Positions 12,301-27,300 of a DNA stretch of 64,000 nt are shown piece after piece. A program made the translations under genes and the position numbers. The stretch is from assembly GCA_002633005.1 (NCBI GenBank), contig NMRA01000683.1:62001-126000 (forward strand), given 5' to 3'. Within the stretch, counting starts at the first letter, position 1. Every line of letters begins with the position of its first letter. The DNA comes from Phoronis australis (lineage: Eukaryota > Animalia > Phoronida). The notes below the pieces were generated by a model. That model was not told where the DNA came from. It saw only the letters and a list, made by a program, of their open reading frames with translations, and did not search any database.

Positions 12301-15300
12301 CCCACAATATACTGGAAATAATAGTCATCTGCAAGTTTCTGCAACCCAGATGCTTGTTCATAAAGTACATGTAGTTACCATTATATTACAGCTGAGAAAT
12401 ATGGTTACACCAGGAAACAAGTCTTATCATTTATGAATAACGAAGACGGGACAGCGCTCCATTCGGCAGTGAACAGCGGCGATTTGGCGGTTAGATTTCT
12501 CACCAAGACATTTTGTTTGTCTCTGACTATACCAATCCAATAGCTCAAATTATAAATCCTGAACACTTTTGAGTGCATTCTTTCACTTATGATTTCGCAC
12601 AAGGAAACGGTAATATTCGCTGTCTTGAGAATGTTTGTAAACGTACGGATTACGAATGAGGATTGCCGAAACAATCCGCTTCAGCCATTTCTAACAATAA
12701 CATGACTAATTGTATATACCGCAATGGTTGACGTTTCTAACGAACCACACAGTTATTTTACTCGATGAATGTGCGATTCAGTAAGAGCTTTAATTATGGA
12801 TGGCATTTGTCTTACTACTATTATTTATTCCAGCATTTCAGTCACACATTACTGTAATATTGGTAATACGCATCTACAAATGAAAAAAATGGGAAATGAA
12901 ACCCAATTCATGAGCGTGCTGATGCGCCGTAAAATGCAACAACCTTTACATTTTACCTAGATAGGCCTCTATTAAAACGAAAACGTTGTTACAATTTACG
13001 AGTAATGTACCATTCCAACATTTTACGAAAGCGACGTCATATCCCATGAGTATGCATGGTATTTGTCACACGGGGAAAAGGGTTCACACACTTAACGGCT
13101 TCTTTCTCGGATTGTTTGAATGGAATTCTGTCAAATGTGGCAGCTCGAATTTACAGGTGAGTCCTAATGAGCTTTACATTTTTTTTTAACATGAGTAGTT
13201 TATTGGTATAGTAAAAATGTACCCCGTACAGTTTGAACTCCAGACCAAAGGAGTTTCCAGGATTAGGTACATGTAACAAGTTTGTTATTCTTAAATCGTT
13301 CTTGTAATCTTTCGCTGGCGCTCACAGGTCATAAACCTGTTGTGTGTCCGGCGTTACAGTAAACTAAGCACAACAAAAACAATAAATCGTGTTTTGGCTA
13401 ATATTTATCGTACTTGTTTGCCGGGAAAAATCATAAGGAATTCAATTTCCGAAGCCACTTAGATAAAAAAATCACCCGTTTTAGTCAGCGATAGTTTGAT
13501 TTATTTCAGCCAATGTTTTGTTGCCTTGAAGTCATCGCTAATGCGGTAATTGTCCTGCTCCACACAAATGCAGTGAGATCAAAGTTTCTGATGCCGATGG
13601 GTTCTGTCTACCACCTTAGTTGTAAAAACCTATTAACGAAGCACATTTCATAGGTGTACGGGCCAAATTTCTTATGAAGCACACTCCTGCGCGCGCCCAC
13701 ATACGCGTGCACGCTCACGCACCCGCAAATTTGGAATCAGCAAAATACATCAGTGAATTAAATATGTCATAGGGGTCCACATGTCGAAGAATTTACATTA
13801 CATATTTAAAACCCATCAGATTGCTCAAAAATACATTTTTGGGCGTTACCTCTACGACTGGTCTATTTTGACAAATCCAATCACTAGACGTCATCCAATT
13901 AAAAGACTGTACAATATTGCAAAACCAGTACAGATGGAAATGATCCTCTGACTCATTCTTACAGAAAGAGCAGTCATCGATTTTTAAAGGTGTGTTTTTA
14001 TGCTTAGAACGTATATCAAAACTCTACAGATGTTCAATTTACCAACATTCCCACTGTCATGTCGTGAAAGGTTTAGGCCTTAAATCCATGGTTCACTTTG
14101 AAATTATTATTGCTGATGTTAGAAGTGGATTTGTGTATCACAAACCTAATTATCACGTGATGGGGTAAACTGATGAAACTAGTCTTCCTAATGGAAACTG
14201 AATGCGAAATTATTATGCAACCAATCTAGTTACAATATTCGTTGTTTTGGATGATCTCTTGACTAATATTCAAAGACCTTTCAATTTTCAGTAATGTACT
14301 GCTTACGGTTCACGATTCAGAACACAAAACTGTAGTTCAACCAGCTTGCAGTTACATAAAGGTTGAACCACTTCACAAAATTCAAAAAGGTCGCAGCTGA
14401 GCACAGGAAGAACAAATTGATAAAATGAGCAAGGAATTCTCAATGCTTGTTTTTGGATAGTTTCCACTAGATGGCTCATTCCTTTCGGAGGCATCAGTGT
14501 CGAGGCGACCTGTGGCATTCAGGGTCGGGTTTATTCAATTTCAGTGTCGCATAGAGTTTGAACTTCTGCAAATTGATGTACTAGTCCAATTTTCACCTTT
14601 CACATTGTCCAATAAAAGTACCGCAAACTAATGTGCAATTAACCACTTTTACGCTTTTTAGGGATTCAAGTAGTTGCGTCAAAAAACCTGACGCGTGATA
14701 GACATCTTGATTTCTGTAGATTGGTTAAAACACGTGTGTGGACGTTTGACTAATGTAGCTTGAAGGAAACTCGCTCACATTTAAACTAGTTAACCGTCAA
14801 CAGTGTCACATTTTTAAACAGTTTTGTATGCACGAAGGGGCTCTGCCAATTAGTCAAAAGGATTTCACAAACGAAGTTTTCGTAGCGTTACGCAGCGAAA
14901 TTCAGACGTCAAGCAATGAAAATGTTATCTCTATTGTGTGACGTTATTTTCGCTACGTAACGAGAAAGGGTTTCACAAACGAAGTTTTAGTAGCGTTACG
15001 CAGCGAAATTCAGACGTCAAGGAATGGAAATGTTCATTATCTCTATTGAGTGACGTTATTTTCGCTACGTAACGCTACGAAGAACTTCGCTTGGGCCACT
15101 CTACTCTGATTCAGTGGACCCACTATGCGATGACAAGCGACAGTGAGAAATGGAAATTGTGCCGTGCAGATGTTTCACATCTTTGTAACTAACTTCACTT
15201 TTTAGTAAGCAATGCGTATGAATTGCATTTTAAGCACAGTGTTCTTCTAAGAATGTAGGGGCCTGTTCAACATAGAACTGTTACGTGTTTTATGTGTCCG

Positions 15301-18300
15301 TTACCAGTTATTCTAATGACCCGGTGACAGCATCCATAGCCAATCAGAGCAAGTTCTTGAAAAACATCTTCCTTCTTCCTCCAGACTTTAGCTTAACGCA
15401 ACCTTTGAACTTATACATCATCGTGGAACCAGCTCCAGTTCTTTGAAATTTATAGGGATGGTTTAAACAAGAGACAAAATGATAACACGGGGGGGGGGGG
15501 GGAATTATCACGAANTAAAATATTGCAGTCTGAATTCAGTTGTTCGCGGCAAAGTGCAGGAGAATAATAGTTACATCACAAACAATACCGTGCTTCCCGA
15601 TAGTCCAGAAATAATATTTTTGATGCTGGCGCACGTGTAAACAAGCTTTTAAATCTCAATCTCTTCGTTTCCAAGAAGTAGGCCTACTTACTCTGCGTGC
15701 ACAGCTGTCAAGACCTTTCTCACAATATCGCTGTGGTGGATTTAGAAGGGGGCCAAGAGGGCCATTCCCCGGCCCCTAAAAGTGTCTCAGATTCCACTTG
15801 GCAGTTCAGGGGTGCGAACGTCTGACAGGTTAAATCCTTGTTAATACTCTGTCTTGCCCCCTAACTAAATATCCTGCATTAGCCCCTGTGTCGTTATGGT
15901 TGAATCCTGGAACTCCTTTAAAATCCCTTTGAAACAGCAATCACTGTCCAGTACAGGAAGCCCGGTGAAAACGCTGAACCATAAATGACTGATTTTATAA
16001 TCTTTAATGACCATAGTGTACTAGCCCTAATGCTAAACATGTATTGTGTATATTGCACTGTGTTCTCGTTAAATAAATTAAAAAATAAAAATGATAACGG
16101 TTAGCCTACATGTATACCTCTTCTATAAGGTATTCTTATGGAAAAAGTATACAAAAGTGCTGCCAATAAGGTGTACTGTGTTTTCACAGCAAAAGTACTC
16201 CCCAAAATTGTGCCATTTTCGACAACATACTAGCACGAAGGGCTCTACTTTTGAATTTCTGGGACAGATTTACGCAAAAGTGTGTATTTTTACACAAAAT
16301 TGCTCCTTAAATGGGCCGCTTTTTTGTCTAAGACAACATTCTAAATGGGTAGATATACAAATTCTCGGGCGGCACTCCTCGTCCAAAATACTCAAGTACC
16401 CCCGGCCGTGTCAGATACCACTTGCCCGTGATTTTGGTCATTTACTTTGTGATATGACGTTGGTTTTCGAAAAATGTAACAATGGTACATTACTCGCATG
16501 CGTATTGGACATATAATGTGACAATTTGTTTCATTTTAGGAGAAGCTTAGCAACGTAAAATGTAACAATGACGTTTGTTACATTTTACGAAGTTGTTACA
16601 TTTTACGGCGTATCAGAGCACGGGTGTCATGAGTGTTGAAATTACGTGATGTTTAATTTCAATAAAAAGTGCAAAGAATGGACCGGGTTTCATCGATGTT
16701 TCAGGCAATACGGATCTGTATAGAGTCGGGTTCAGATATTGACGTTCAACAAGACGACAAATCTACTCCAGTTCATTTAGCCTGTGCACAAGGTGCGATG
16801 GAGTCGATCAAGACTATGTTTCAACTTCAACCACACAAAGTGCGAGACATTGTCTGGGCCAAAGACGTCAATGGCATGACACCGCTGCACAAAGCTGCCT
16901 TGTTTGACCATCACACTATAGTTAAATTTCTATTAGATGAGGTACAAATAGTATATCAGGTTAATTATGGTTTTCTTTGGATGATTAGGCTAAGTCGTGA
17001 AGTAGGCTGCCGTTTTTAAAAACAGTCGGTTGCAATACATGTACATATGGATCGCTGTTGATGTATGTTTGTGTGATATTTGGAAAATATCTCACTTATC
17101 TAAATAGAATAAATGGTCCAGAGACAATCTAAGATGCGAGCAGCTTGCAACAGCTACCAGTAAAACCACCCACGGTTCTTTCCAGTGAGGACACGAGAAA
17201 CCGTATTTAGCCATATCAGAGGTAATTGTGATTTATGACAATGGGTGTCTCTTGTTCTCTTTTCCTCACATCGAACTCAGTCGTAAAGCAAATATCACTG
17301 CCAAGGGGAATCTAAGTACAGATTGATAGAAACACATTGATGTTGTCAACAAACGTTATACAGAATTTGTTCAACGCGCGACACTTTTTATTGTCTTTAT
17401 TCCGTTACGTTCGTACTTTCGGAACAAAACTCTCCTCTCGACTGAACATAGATACAGTAACTGACCTAACGACATAATTAAAAAAAACATATTTCGAAAC
17501 ATACTTGTTTCATTCTCAAGTGAAGATAAAATGACGCAGTAATGCCACCACAGAGCATAAGCTGATGACATACACAGTGAGACATGGCGGATGTGAAATA
17601 CTGCAAAGAATGACTAATGAAGGGGGATAACAGGAAAGTCACGCAAACACGTGTAACGTACGGCATGTCTCTGTTTGCTGCTCATTCAAAACAGGCTTCT
17701 CAAAAGCAATCAAAAGAGACTCTAATACTTTCAAACGCAGCACATCTAGCTCCACGTAGCAAATTGACGTGTTTTCCACAATTTCTTGACGTTCGTGACA
17801 TTGCAGAAAATGATCTTGGATGGCGCCAGTTTGAAGATGCATGGTTAACCGACGGGAAAGACTGCAAACCGTTTGACCAATGTAACATTGTTTGGCGTTT
17901 GAACGAAGACAGTCGTTCATAGGGCGTACAAATTCATAAGCAACACTACACTGTGCAAACTAAAAAATTCTGTATAACCGAAATCTTGGTACCGAAGTAT
18001 AGCCAACAAATGTTATGAAAACAAAATAAGACAGAACTGACTACTTCAATGAACTGTCCATTTGAGTGTGCCGTCACTTTCGCTTTGCAAATTCTTTATT
18101 TTTGCTGGTGAAATAGAGATAAGTTGGTACGTTATGCATAGACGTTGTCGTACATAATATGTTGTCAGTATACAGGGTGACATTTCATCTAGGGGGCGTT
18201 TATTGACGCCGAAGACAAAGAAGAACGCACGGCCTTACACTTGGCTGCATCAAAACGAAGCATTGTTACTATGTGCATGCTGTGTGACCGCGGGGCCAAT

Positions 18301-21300
18301 ATCATGCTCAAAGACAAGTACGGGCGAAACTTCATGCATACTGCCATAAAGAACGGCTGTAAACCAAGCCATTTAGAGGCACAGGTTATAGATCAGGTAA
18401 GAACATCACAAATGAAAACCGAACCTTAAAGGAGAAGGCAACCTTTTTCCATGTCATTTTGAGCGAAAATAAGGTTGGTTGGTTATCCTAGANTGTAATT
18501 AAGTGGAAAATATGTCTAGGATAACCAACCAACCTTATTTTAGCTCAAAATGACATGGAAAAAGGTTGTCTTCGCCTTTAACTTTCAGGGCCTATTTCGC
18601 TGACACCGTCCGGGTTTTTGGGCATCGGAGGAACATTGTGTAGCCCAAAGCTGTGCTTGTGGGAATTGTGTTAATGCATGCAACGACGAATGCACGTTGT
18701 CTGTAATGAATAACGAAATTTAAGAAAACTGAAAATAATAAAACACGAAAGAGAAACAAAAACAGCACCAATGATTTGCTTACATCAGTAGCACAGAACA
18801 CCCCTTCAGACTTGATCTTTAACGTGTTACAAAGTTTAATTTGAAGATTAAGCTCATTCTACAGATATGTTGTGAAACCATCGCTTTTCGAAGTTTGCTT
18901 TAACTTGACCCAGATAAATACCACCGTTCAAGAAACTTCTGGTCGATCTACTATGGATTTCAGGTTGACAGAAAGTTTTATTGTGACACTGGTAGTCAGG
19001 AGCTAGTTTGCTAACACACTCGAACATAAGTTCACTCGTTTGAAAATTCCTCCTCTCATTTAGTGTGCGTTAAAGTTGACTATGAACAGAATCAGTGCGA
19101 AAACCAGTCAGCAAACAGAACATCTAGTCCTTCATAATTTTAATGTCCTGCACTTTATGATACGATCTCTGTTTACATGAGGGTCATACAACATAACACT
19201 CTCTATCCTGAGTAAGACTAGGTTCTAGTAAAATAGCCTTAACGTAATTTATTTCGTGATGAAACTCTACGTTGTCTGGGATTTTATTCGAAGGTGGACT
19301 ACTTGCCTACATTTAATTCCACACACATCGCCCCTTTCGTTCTGTATTACTTACAGGCTGTATTTCCACATTGATAAAGTAAGGAACTGAATTATAGAAG
19401 GAAACTTGAATGTATTCCAGCTTGAATATATTCCTACTGTAAACTGTGCTACTGCAAGTGCATTTAATGACGACTAGTGAGACAAATTAGCAAGTTCATT
19501 ATTCAAAGCACTTCTATTTCAAGTCTTGAACAAACTGCAGAAAGACATGTATCATCTGTACAAGGCACACATTTACAATTTGTGATGTCACACGCTAGGT
19601 CGTAACACGAGCCCCAGTTTTGAACCCGCAGGAAACCGGAAGTGGTTCTCGGTCTGACAGTGTCCATTTACAGAGATGCCCTGGGTTGTGTCACAAAAGC
19701 CAGACTTTAAACAATAGGCAGCTACTCTCTTAATACCAGTCTTGGTCATATTGGGGTGCAGGCAACCATGGCGGACAGTGTCAAAGCCTGAGGTGAAAAA
19801 ACATAGCACCATTTATGTGTCTGAATGTCCATGGAAGGAAAGGTGTATTCAGTGACAACAACTAGAACACGAATGAATTGGCCGGAGACCTGGGCCCGGT
19901 CTCCAAACTTTTTACTCGAAATGGAACTCGAAATTAGGTTTGGCATTTTCTACTCTACTTTTGGGAGAACTCAATATAAGTGTCTATTATTCTATGCTCG
20001 AGTACACAATAACTTACGTAGATAATTTATTGCCCTTAGTTCACAGTTTGTTAGCCCAATATTAAAGCAATAAGTTCGAGTTTGAACTCGAAATTTCGAG
20101 TTTTTACTCGAGTTTGTAGCACGAATATAAGGGTCTTCAAGGGCAAACTTGAACTAGAAACTCCTATGCATAAACTATAATGTATTTGAGCACAGTCTGA
20201 TAACCAATTATCTTAAGTTCGCACAAAAGGAGCAGAGAAATTGCCAAAAATAGTATCGAGTTCGTTTCGAGTACAAAGATTAGAGACCGGGCCCTGGTTT
20301 GAAAATTTAAGAGAATATCAGTGTCTGTGAGAAAACTTCAACATTCTAACTGCTAAACTGTCCGTCATTACCGCAGTCACGAGAGCCACAGCTAGGACTT
20401 AAAACTTGCGGTTATATTGCATCTTTGGTCCTGAACTTTGGACTTGCTTAGACTGTTGGACAACGTAGTTAACAGCGACACTGTTGGAGGTGGGCTGATT
20501 GGTGCTAATGACGAGATTAAACACTACAACGAAAACATTTATAATCGATGAAATATAGTCCCAGCTGGCACAGTCTAACATGTATGCATGTTTTGCCGTT
20601 GCTACAGTGTATATAAAAGGACAAGCAAATAAATTCCCTCTTGTTTGCGCTTTTTGCGAGCTCAAGGGTTTCCTTTGAACTGAAAACGGTACAATTTAAT
20701 ACCAAATCTATAGCATTATGTGGCCTGATCAAAATACTATTATTTTGACATCAAACATTCATGAAATCCAGTAGAATGGATTTACCGTTGCGTTGTTATC
20801 TCATGTCTCTTAATTGTTGCTGTCAACTTACAGAAATCCAAAGTGGACATTCAAGAAGTGTCGAGAAAACTAATGAACGAGCGTGATGCGTTTGGCTGCA
20901 CTCCTCTTCACTACGCATCCAGGGAAGGACATTTCGGCTCGTTACAAGAATTAATCGCTAATGGAGCTCATCTCAATCTGAAAAACAACGAAAAACAATC
21001 CCCGCTGCACTTTGCTGCCAAGTATGTTTTCTCTGCTTTACAAATGTTACCGTTGCAATTCATTTACTGTATTACTGGACACCAAATAACACATGGGCGT
21101 GGGTTTAGGCTGAGATCTTTCTCCATGGATTATTTACAAGAACTTGACGCTAATTCGCTGCGTTCTGCTCTATTCCGCGCTGTTCTGCTTTGCAGGTATG
21201 GACGCTTGAATACGTGCCGACGACTCCTGGATACACCTGGCGGCGCGAATATCATAAACGAAACTGACCGAGAGGGACTGACACCGCTCCATGTGGCTTC

Positions 21301-24300
21301 ACAAAATGGGCATTCCAAAGTTGTGTCCCTTTTGATCCAGAGGGGCGCACTTCTACACAGGGACATCTTTGGGAACACGCCCCTCCATCTGGCGGCTGCC
21401 AATGGATACACTCAGACAATGCGTACGCTTGTCGCTGTTCACCCACATCTGGTCAACGTAGAGAATAATAACAAGGTGTGGTAGTACTATAAGAAAATAA
21501 ATAAACCGTTTGCATGGACCAGTACGATTGCATGGACCAACAAATATGTCCTCTCATCGTTCCGGCAAAGGTGAACATCGAACAAGCAACAAATACGTTG
21601 TATGCCTACATGCAGAAAATACACGTAGTTCCTCCTCACTGAGTCTGTAGATATAGTTCAACAAGCACTTACACTTACTTTCACCATGCACTGAAACTGT
21701 GTTTTTCCACAAAATCGAATTTCATGAGAAATCACCTTCCCAGCATGCTTTTTTTCAAATGATACATCCCACGAGTGAAAAATTTAGCACTAGATAGCCA
21801 GCCAGCAGTCGTATGAAAGGTTTAATATTACAAATCAGTCTTCCGTATTAAACGAAGACTCAAGTGAAATAAAAAAAGTCTACGAGTCGAGACATTTCCA
21901 AGACAGATTTTTCATTGACTTCGACTGATAAAGTACGCGAAAAGTGGTCAAGATGGCAAGTGGGTATAATCGTGGTGTACCATTAGTTTTTCTAATGCCA
22001 TAGCCACAAAGGTCGACGACTCAACTACTTATAAAATATCGGTCCAAGAACAAAAGTTTTGAGGCAAAATTCAACAAAAATGAACTGTTGAATACCTGAA
22101 GTTCATGCCACAACATTTGTGAACCGAACAGATTGGCAAAGGTATGGCTTTTCCAGTTACAACATTTGACTCAGTGATATTTCCCATGCGGTTAGTACCA
22201 AGATGGCGGAAACGCCTGGACTACCCCAGTACGGAACAAATTTTCCGTCCCTGTATATGTATTTCTTGCTTATTGGTCATATACGTGGTCCTAAATGTCC
22301 TATACGTAGGCCTACTTGAGTTTGCCTTTCAAAACTAGGTTCTTAACACCACCAAAATGAGTCGTCTGGATGTCTGCATGATTAAACTACTCAGTTCTTC
22401 ATACCACATCCGAGGGTTTAGGTTAACAATTAGCAGAAGGAAGGACTTCTTCCGTAGTGTAGGTGGCCTTGTCTGTTGTTACATGTCATTAACGTGGTAA
22501 GGTTTGTAGGATAAAGTTTCTCGCAAAGAAACATTGTTACAGGGAAAGTAATAGTTCTTACCGTAATTTCTGCTTAAAATACGATTTTCTGGTTAACCTA
22601 GATAGATTTTGTTCTAACTCGGGGGTCAAGATCATTCCCAGTCTTCCTGTTTTTGTACAACGATTCATTGTGATCCTGTTGATTGCATACTGTTCACCAA
22701 AACGTGTCACAATGATGACTCTACACGGTTTCTTTTCCCTTTAAAGAAGTACAAACCAGTGTTATAGTCAAGAACCGGTCTAAATGTACAATATTTATAC
22801 TGGCTGTAATCACCGACGCCGATGTTGTAATTTTGTGTCACCAACAGGACACTGCAATTCACAACGCTTCCCGAGAAGGCAAGACAAGCGCGGTGACTCA
22901 GCTGATGAGTCTTGACGCCGAGTTCAAATATAACAAAGACAATCAGCACTTCTTCGAAGTTGCTATACGCAACAAACATCAAGACGTCTCCATGGCTATC
23001 ATAACACACGCAAGGTACTCATCCAACGGATAATCACAAGTGGTGGCGATAGTGTATGAAGTTCTAGTGCTCGCCACTGAAGCATCTTAGCTTCAAATTA
23101 CCAAGCACAATGTGGCGCGCTTAATAAGAAGCTATTTAATTTTCCGTAGCTGACGAAAACTCGCTTAATGGTACACGTGTGATGCCCAACCCATACATTA
23201 CTAAGCTCAAACTTAAGACTGAGTACCTTTATAGCAAGGATACCTAGGAACTATTCCAAACTAAAGCTGACAATCAAACTATTACACAGCCGACGAAAAC
23301 GACCTATTTTTGCTTTAGGCAGGACAGACAGAGTAAAGGTTGGCAATAGATTATTGTGATATTAACTTCTGGCATAGGGAATCTGCCATGAATTTTGTTT
23401 TATTTATAGTATTCAGTTAGATGAGAACTCATCTTAGAACCAACATGTCAAATAAATTGAGAACTTGTCTTTACATGTGTCCGTTTGCAGGTGGCGAGAA
23501 GTCATGGACCTTCAGTCAGCAGATGGAAATCCCATTTATTTGCTTATCCAATTCTTACCGGACGTGTGTTTGGTAAGTACGATAATATTAACAGGAGCAT
23601 CAGGATAATGTCGCTTATATACAGGCGTCTCGCGTTTCAGAGCCAGTTTCCTTTAAAAAACTGATCCATCGTAAGTAACTATTGCCAGCGTCAAAATTGA
23701 GCCTGTATACAGAAGCGACAATTCTGCATACACATTACAGAAACAAACGAAACTCACTTCCCTGAATTTCAACAGTTCCCCTCTTGAAATTAAATGTTAT
23801 GAGAATTCTAAGACATCAATATACCACTGACAACACTTATCAGATCCCGGATGTTGGTCCGTTTTTGATCGATTGTTCTAGGAAATCCTGAAGGGTTTTA
23901 TTTCAGCGAGTCGGCGTTGTAACAAATTACACACCGTGGCAGTTTGAAATATGTAAATGATTCATCTCTGGGTTGTTTCGACACAGTTTCACTTAAATAC
24001 CGAAATCCTAGTAAATTACATTTATTGGACTCGCAAGCAACCATCTTAGTGTTTTAGAAAATTCTAGAAGAACTGTGCCTCTTGGTTACAAAAGTATTCA
24101 TTCACCTGTAGCTTAAAGTTGTCTATTTTTAGGCTGTACTAGATCGCTGTAAAACCCACCCAAAGCTCAACTCCAAGCACAAAGACTTCTACGTAAGTAG
24201 AACGTTTGTTTTACTAGTTTCTGTTATTACATAAACTGCTCAAAAGTGAGAGTCCTTCTGTTTTTGTTTCTAATTTCCAACATGAGTTGTCCAAGCATGT

Positions 24301-27300
24301 GTTCAAGAACAACTTACCACCTAAACTCATAGCGTTAAAAACGCGTGTATCCCAAAGCGGTAGGGGTCAATTTGGTCACCATATGACAAATGCTTGTTAA
24401 TGATAAGTATACATGATTTGTTGATCACAAAGATTATAGTCAGCTGGTCAAAATCATCAATTTAGATCTGATTTCAAAGTCATGTTAGATGTAAAAAAAT
24501 GCTCAAAGTGCTTGTAGTAACTCTCGCTTGAAACCTAAGGGGACTGCCAAGCTGAAATATGCTCTGTTGCCAATGTCAAAAATATTAAGTTTGTCATGTT
24601 AGACGCAGACAGCCATGCCCATATTGCCTGGAGTGACCCGTTGGTGAGACTTGAGTATGTTGCTAAGCTGAATTCCCTCGTTACCGTGATAACCATACAT
24701 GTACATTTAACGGTCAATATCACCAATTTTAGGCTTGATGACAGTCACGTGAGAAGTAAGCAACAGTGACCAAAACATTTTAATAACCCTTCCTTAACTA
24801 AAACATTAAGTTAGTTGTCAAGCTTAAACGTGTACCGTTGTCATAGTAACCAGGTATTTTAGAACTACAACAGCATACTAACCTGTGCACTTCAAAAACC
24901 GTCGAAATGGCGAAACATTTAAACTGCCTGACTGCTATATCAAAGCTGCATCGTAACTATTAGAAAAATGTAAAACATCTATAAAATGATGCCAAGGAAA
25001 TTCGTGTTCAAAAACCTTGAAATAATGTTTTAACAACACAAGAGCTGGGTACAACTAAAGCATTAGATTTGCACAAATCAATTACTAAAAGGAAAAACCT
25101 ACGGTTAATATGTCAAAACCAGAAGCACAATTTTGAAAATCCAAAAATGGTTGCGATGGGAACTCAAGAAATTTGTATTTATTACTTTATCAAATATATC
25201 CAATAATTACCACCAGCACTACTTGTAGTTGCTGTATCATAATTTAAAAAATCCAATAAATGGTTACCACGTCTGCGTAAATGCATATCCATCACAAGTA
25301 GCAAAACGTTTATCCTTAACATATGTTAAATTCTATCATAAAGAGAAGTTCATCATTTGTTCATGTTCCATTGGAAATGACATTTACTGCAAACGGTGTT
25401 CCTACCATGGTCTTAGATTGTAGTTTAGATCGTAGTAATATCAGTCATTTTCCGCATTTCCGTTAACAAATACATGTACAGTAATAGTTTAAACCACACG
25501 TTCAAAGTGGTTAACTGCTTGAGAAAAGTATCAAATGAATAGAAGTTACATTGATGATAATCACAATAATATTGATTTTTTTACTTTGTTTTTCGGGATT
25601 TTGTCCTTGACTACAATTTCGCTTTCAATTAAAAATATGGTTACATGTGCCTTTTTATAGAAAATCAACGATTCAGAAATTCTGTACTAGGTATAATTTT
25701 GGAAAAGAGGCAAGGTCGCTTTTAGTTCTGTTGATACGACGTCTGTTGTCCGTGATACCCTGTTGACTCAAGCACTTGCCAGTTGTAGTGCACCACTACA
25801 TGTGTACCAGAAATTCCCTTATATTCGAAAGAAGGCCACATGATGTTGAATTTTATTGGGAAATGCATTATTTTGGATCAAAGACCATTTCCATCATTTA
25901 AACTTTGCAACATGTGCTAAGTTGTTTTCTTATTTACATGTAATTCAATATTAGTCAGTGAGTTCTTCACTCATTTTGATAGTGCATGTCATGTTAGCCA
26001 GCCAGCTAGTTGTATGAACGCTAGTGCCAAAATACATAAGTTTATAAAGTTTTTACCAAGGGTAAGATCATGGCAGATTAACAGGAAACAAAACATTTTA
26101 GTTATAGGCTCTACTTCCGAATAAATGTTATGGTCTTGAACTTGGACCAAAACAAGAACGGAGGCATCTCTGACGGAATTCGAAAAGAATGAAAACTTCC
26201 CAGTTCAAGTAATGTCCAATTTAAACAAGTATTCACGTCAATCACAAGTTGCTCTTCTGGAAGCAGTGATACATATACAGGAAGTTGTTCTCTGTAGGTG
26301 GCCTTGCTTTACAGTGGTTTGTGTAATCCAATTTGCCACGCTTTGACCAACGGGAGTTAAATGGACTAAGCTGACCTACTTAGCTACCTCATTTTCATAA
26401 GCCAATTATAAACGGAGTAGTTCCAACTTGAAACATCTATAACTTTATTAGCTTTCAATTTTGAGCTAGGCAACCCCCCAAACAGTGATCAGCGACACTT
26501 TTAGATAATTGCGATATATGTTGTTAGCTTCTGACATGGCTTTGCTATCAAACAATATTTCGAGTCGAAGGATCATCAAGTTTCTGCTCATTAACTGTCA
26601 AAAAGGTTTGAAAAAGCAAAATGGGATTGTACTAAAACTCCCTTTGAGCTCTTTGACCGCCACACCCCACTATCCCTCCGGTCCTCGACCCTAAACCCCT
26701 CGAACCACGACCCTCTCGACCCACAACCCCCTCGACCCACGGCCCACGACAGATGCTCGACTCGATCTGAAGATGGAACAATCGCCAACTTGCAGGACCA
26801 ACGTGTCTGGCCGTGAGCTCGGTTGGTTTTTCCGTTTTTTGCAATTCAGGAAGTCGATTCAATTTGAAAGCCAAAAACAGAAAAAAACCCGGCCACATCA
26901 AATAACCTCACAAATGTCGTTACCGGCAAAGTGTAATCGTCTCGTCTGCTATTCGGTGAATGACAGATTCAAGTTTTTTGGGGAGAGTGCAAGGAACCGC
27001 GAGTATGTAATTTATTCAGTATAATACGGTTTAAAAACAAAATCTAAACTAAAAGATTATCCCCACGGTACATGAGGTAAATTGTTAACAAGCATACAGC
27101 AGGAAGCAAGTAATAACTTTAGTTTAACAGGGCCATTGGTAGTTGCTCGTGCAGCTACTTTGGTGGCAACGATAGCACGCTCACACTTCGCTATTTCATA
27201 CCATTTGCTTATGCCACTTTCTGTCATTAATCACCAGACTTGAGGCAGAGCACATTCGCGTGTAGGTAAGTCTGATGGGAAAGTTATTCAGTGACGTAAT

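Larger units (their letters stand above)
12920..16615. mobile_element. Putative ~3.7-kb non-autonomous TIR element with nested repeats
   Basis: 12920-13045 and 16450-16615 are inverted homologues (TGATGCGCCGTAAAATG/TGATACGCCGTAAAATG; ATGGTACATTACTCG; GATATGACGT); TSD unclear. Confidence 0.45.

Noticed and set aside
20843-21484. Single 213-aa ankyrin ORF
   Set aside because: It is two TRPA1 exons plus an in-frame intron with canonical GT-AG sites
24056-24070. Isolated GAAaaTTCtaGAA heat-shock element in a TRPA1 intron
   Set aside because: Single site without promoter context; plausible by chance in 64 kb of AT-rich DNA
26640-26760. CRISPR-like or coding repeat array
   Set aside because: Degenerate short units without unique spacers; they are subterminal repeats of a DNA transposon in a eukaryotic intron
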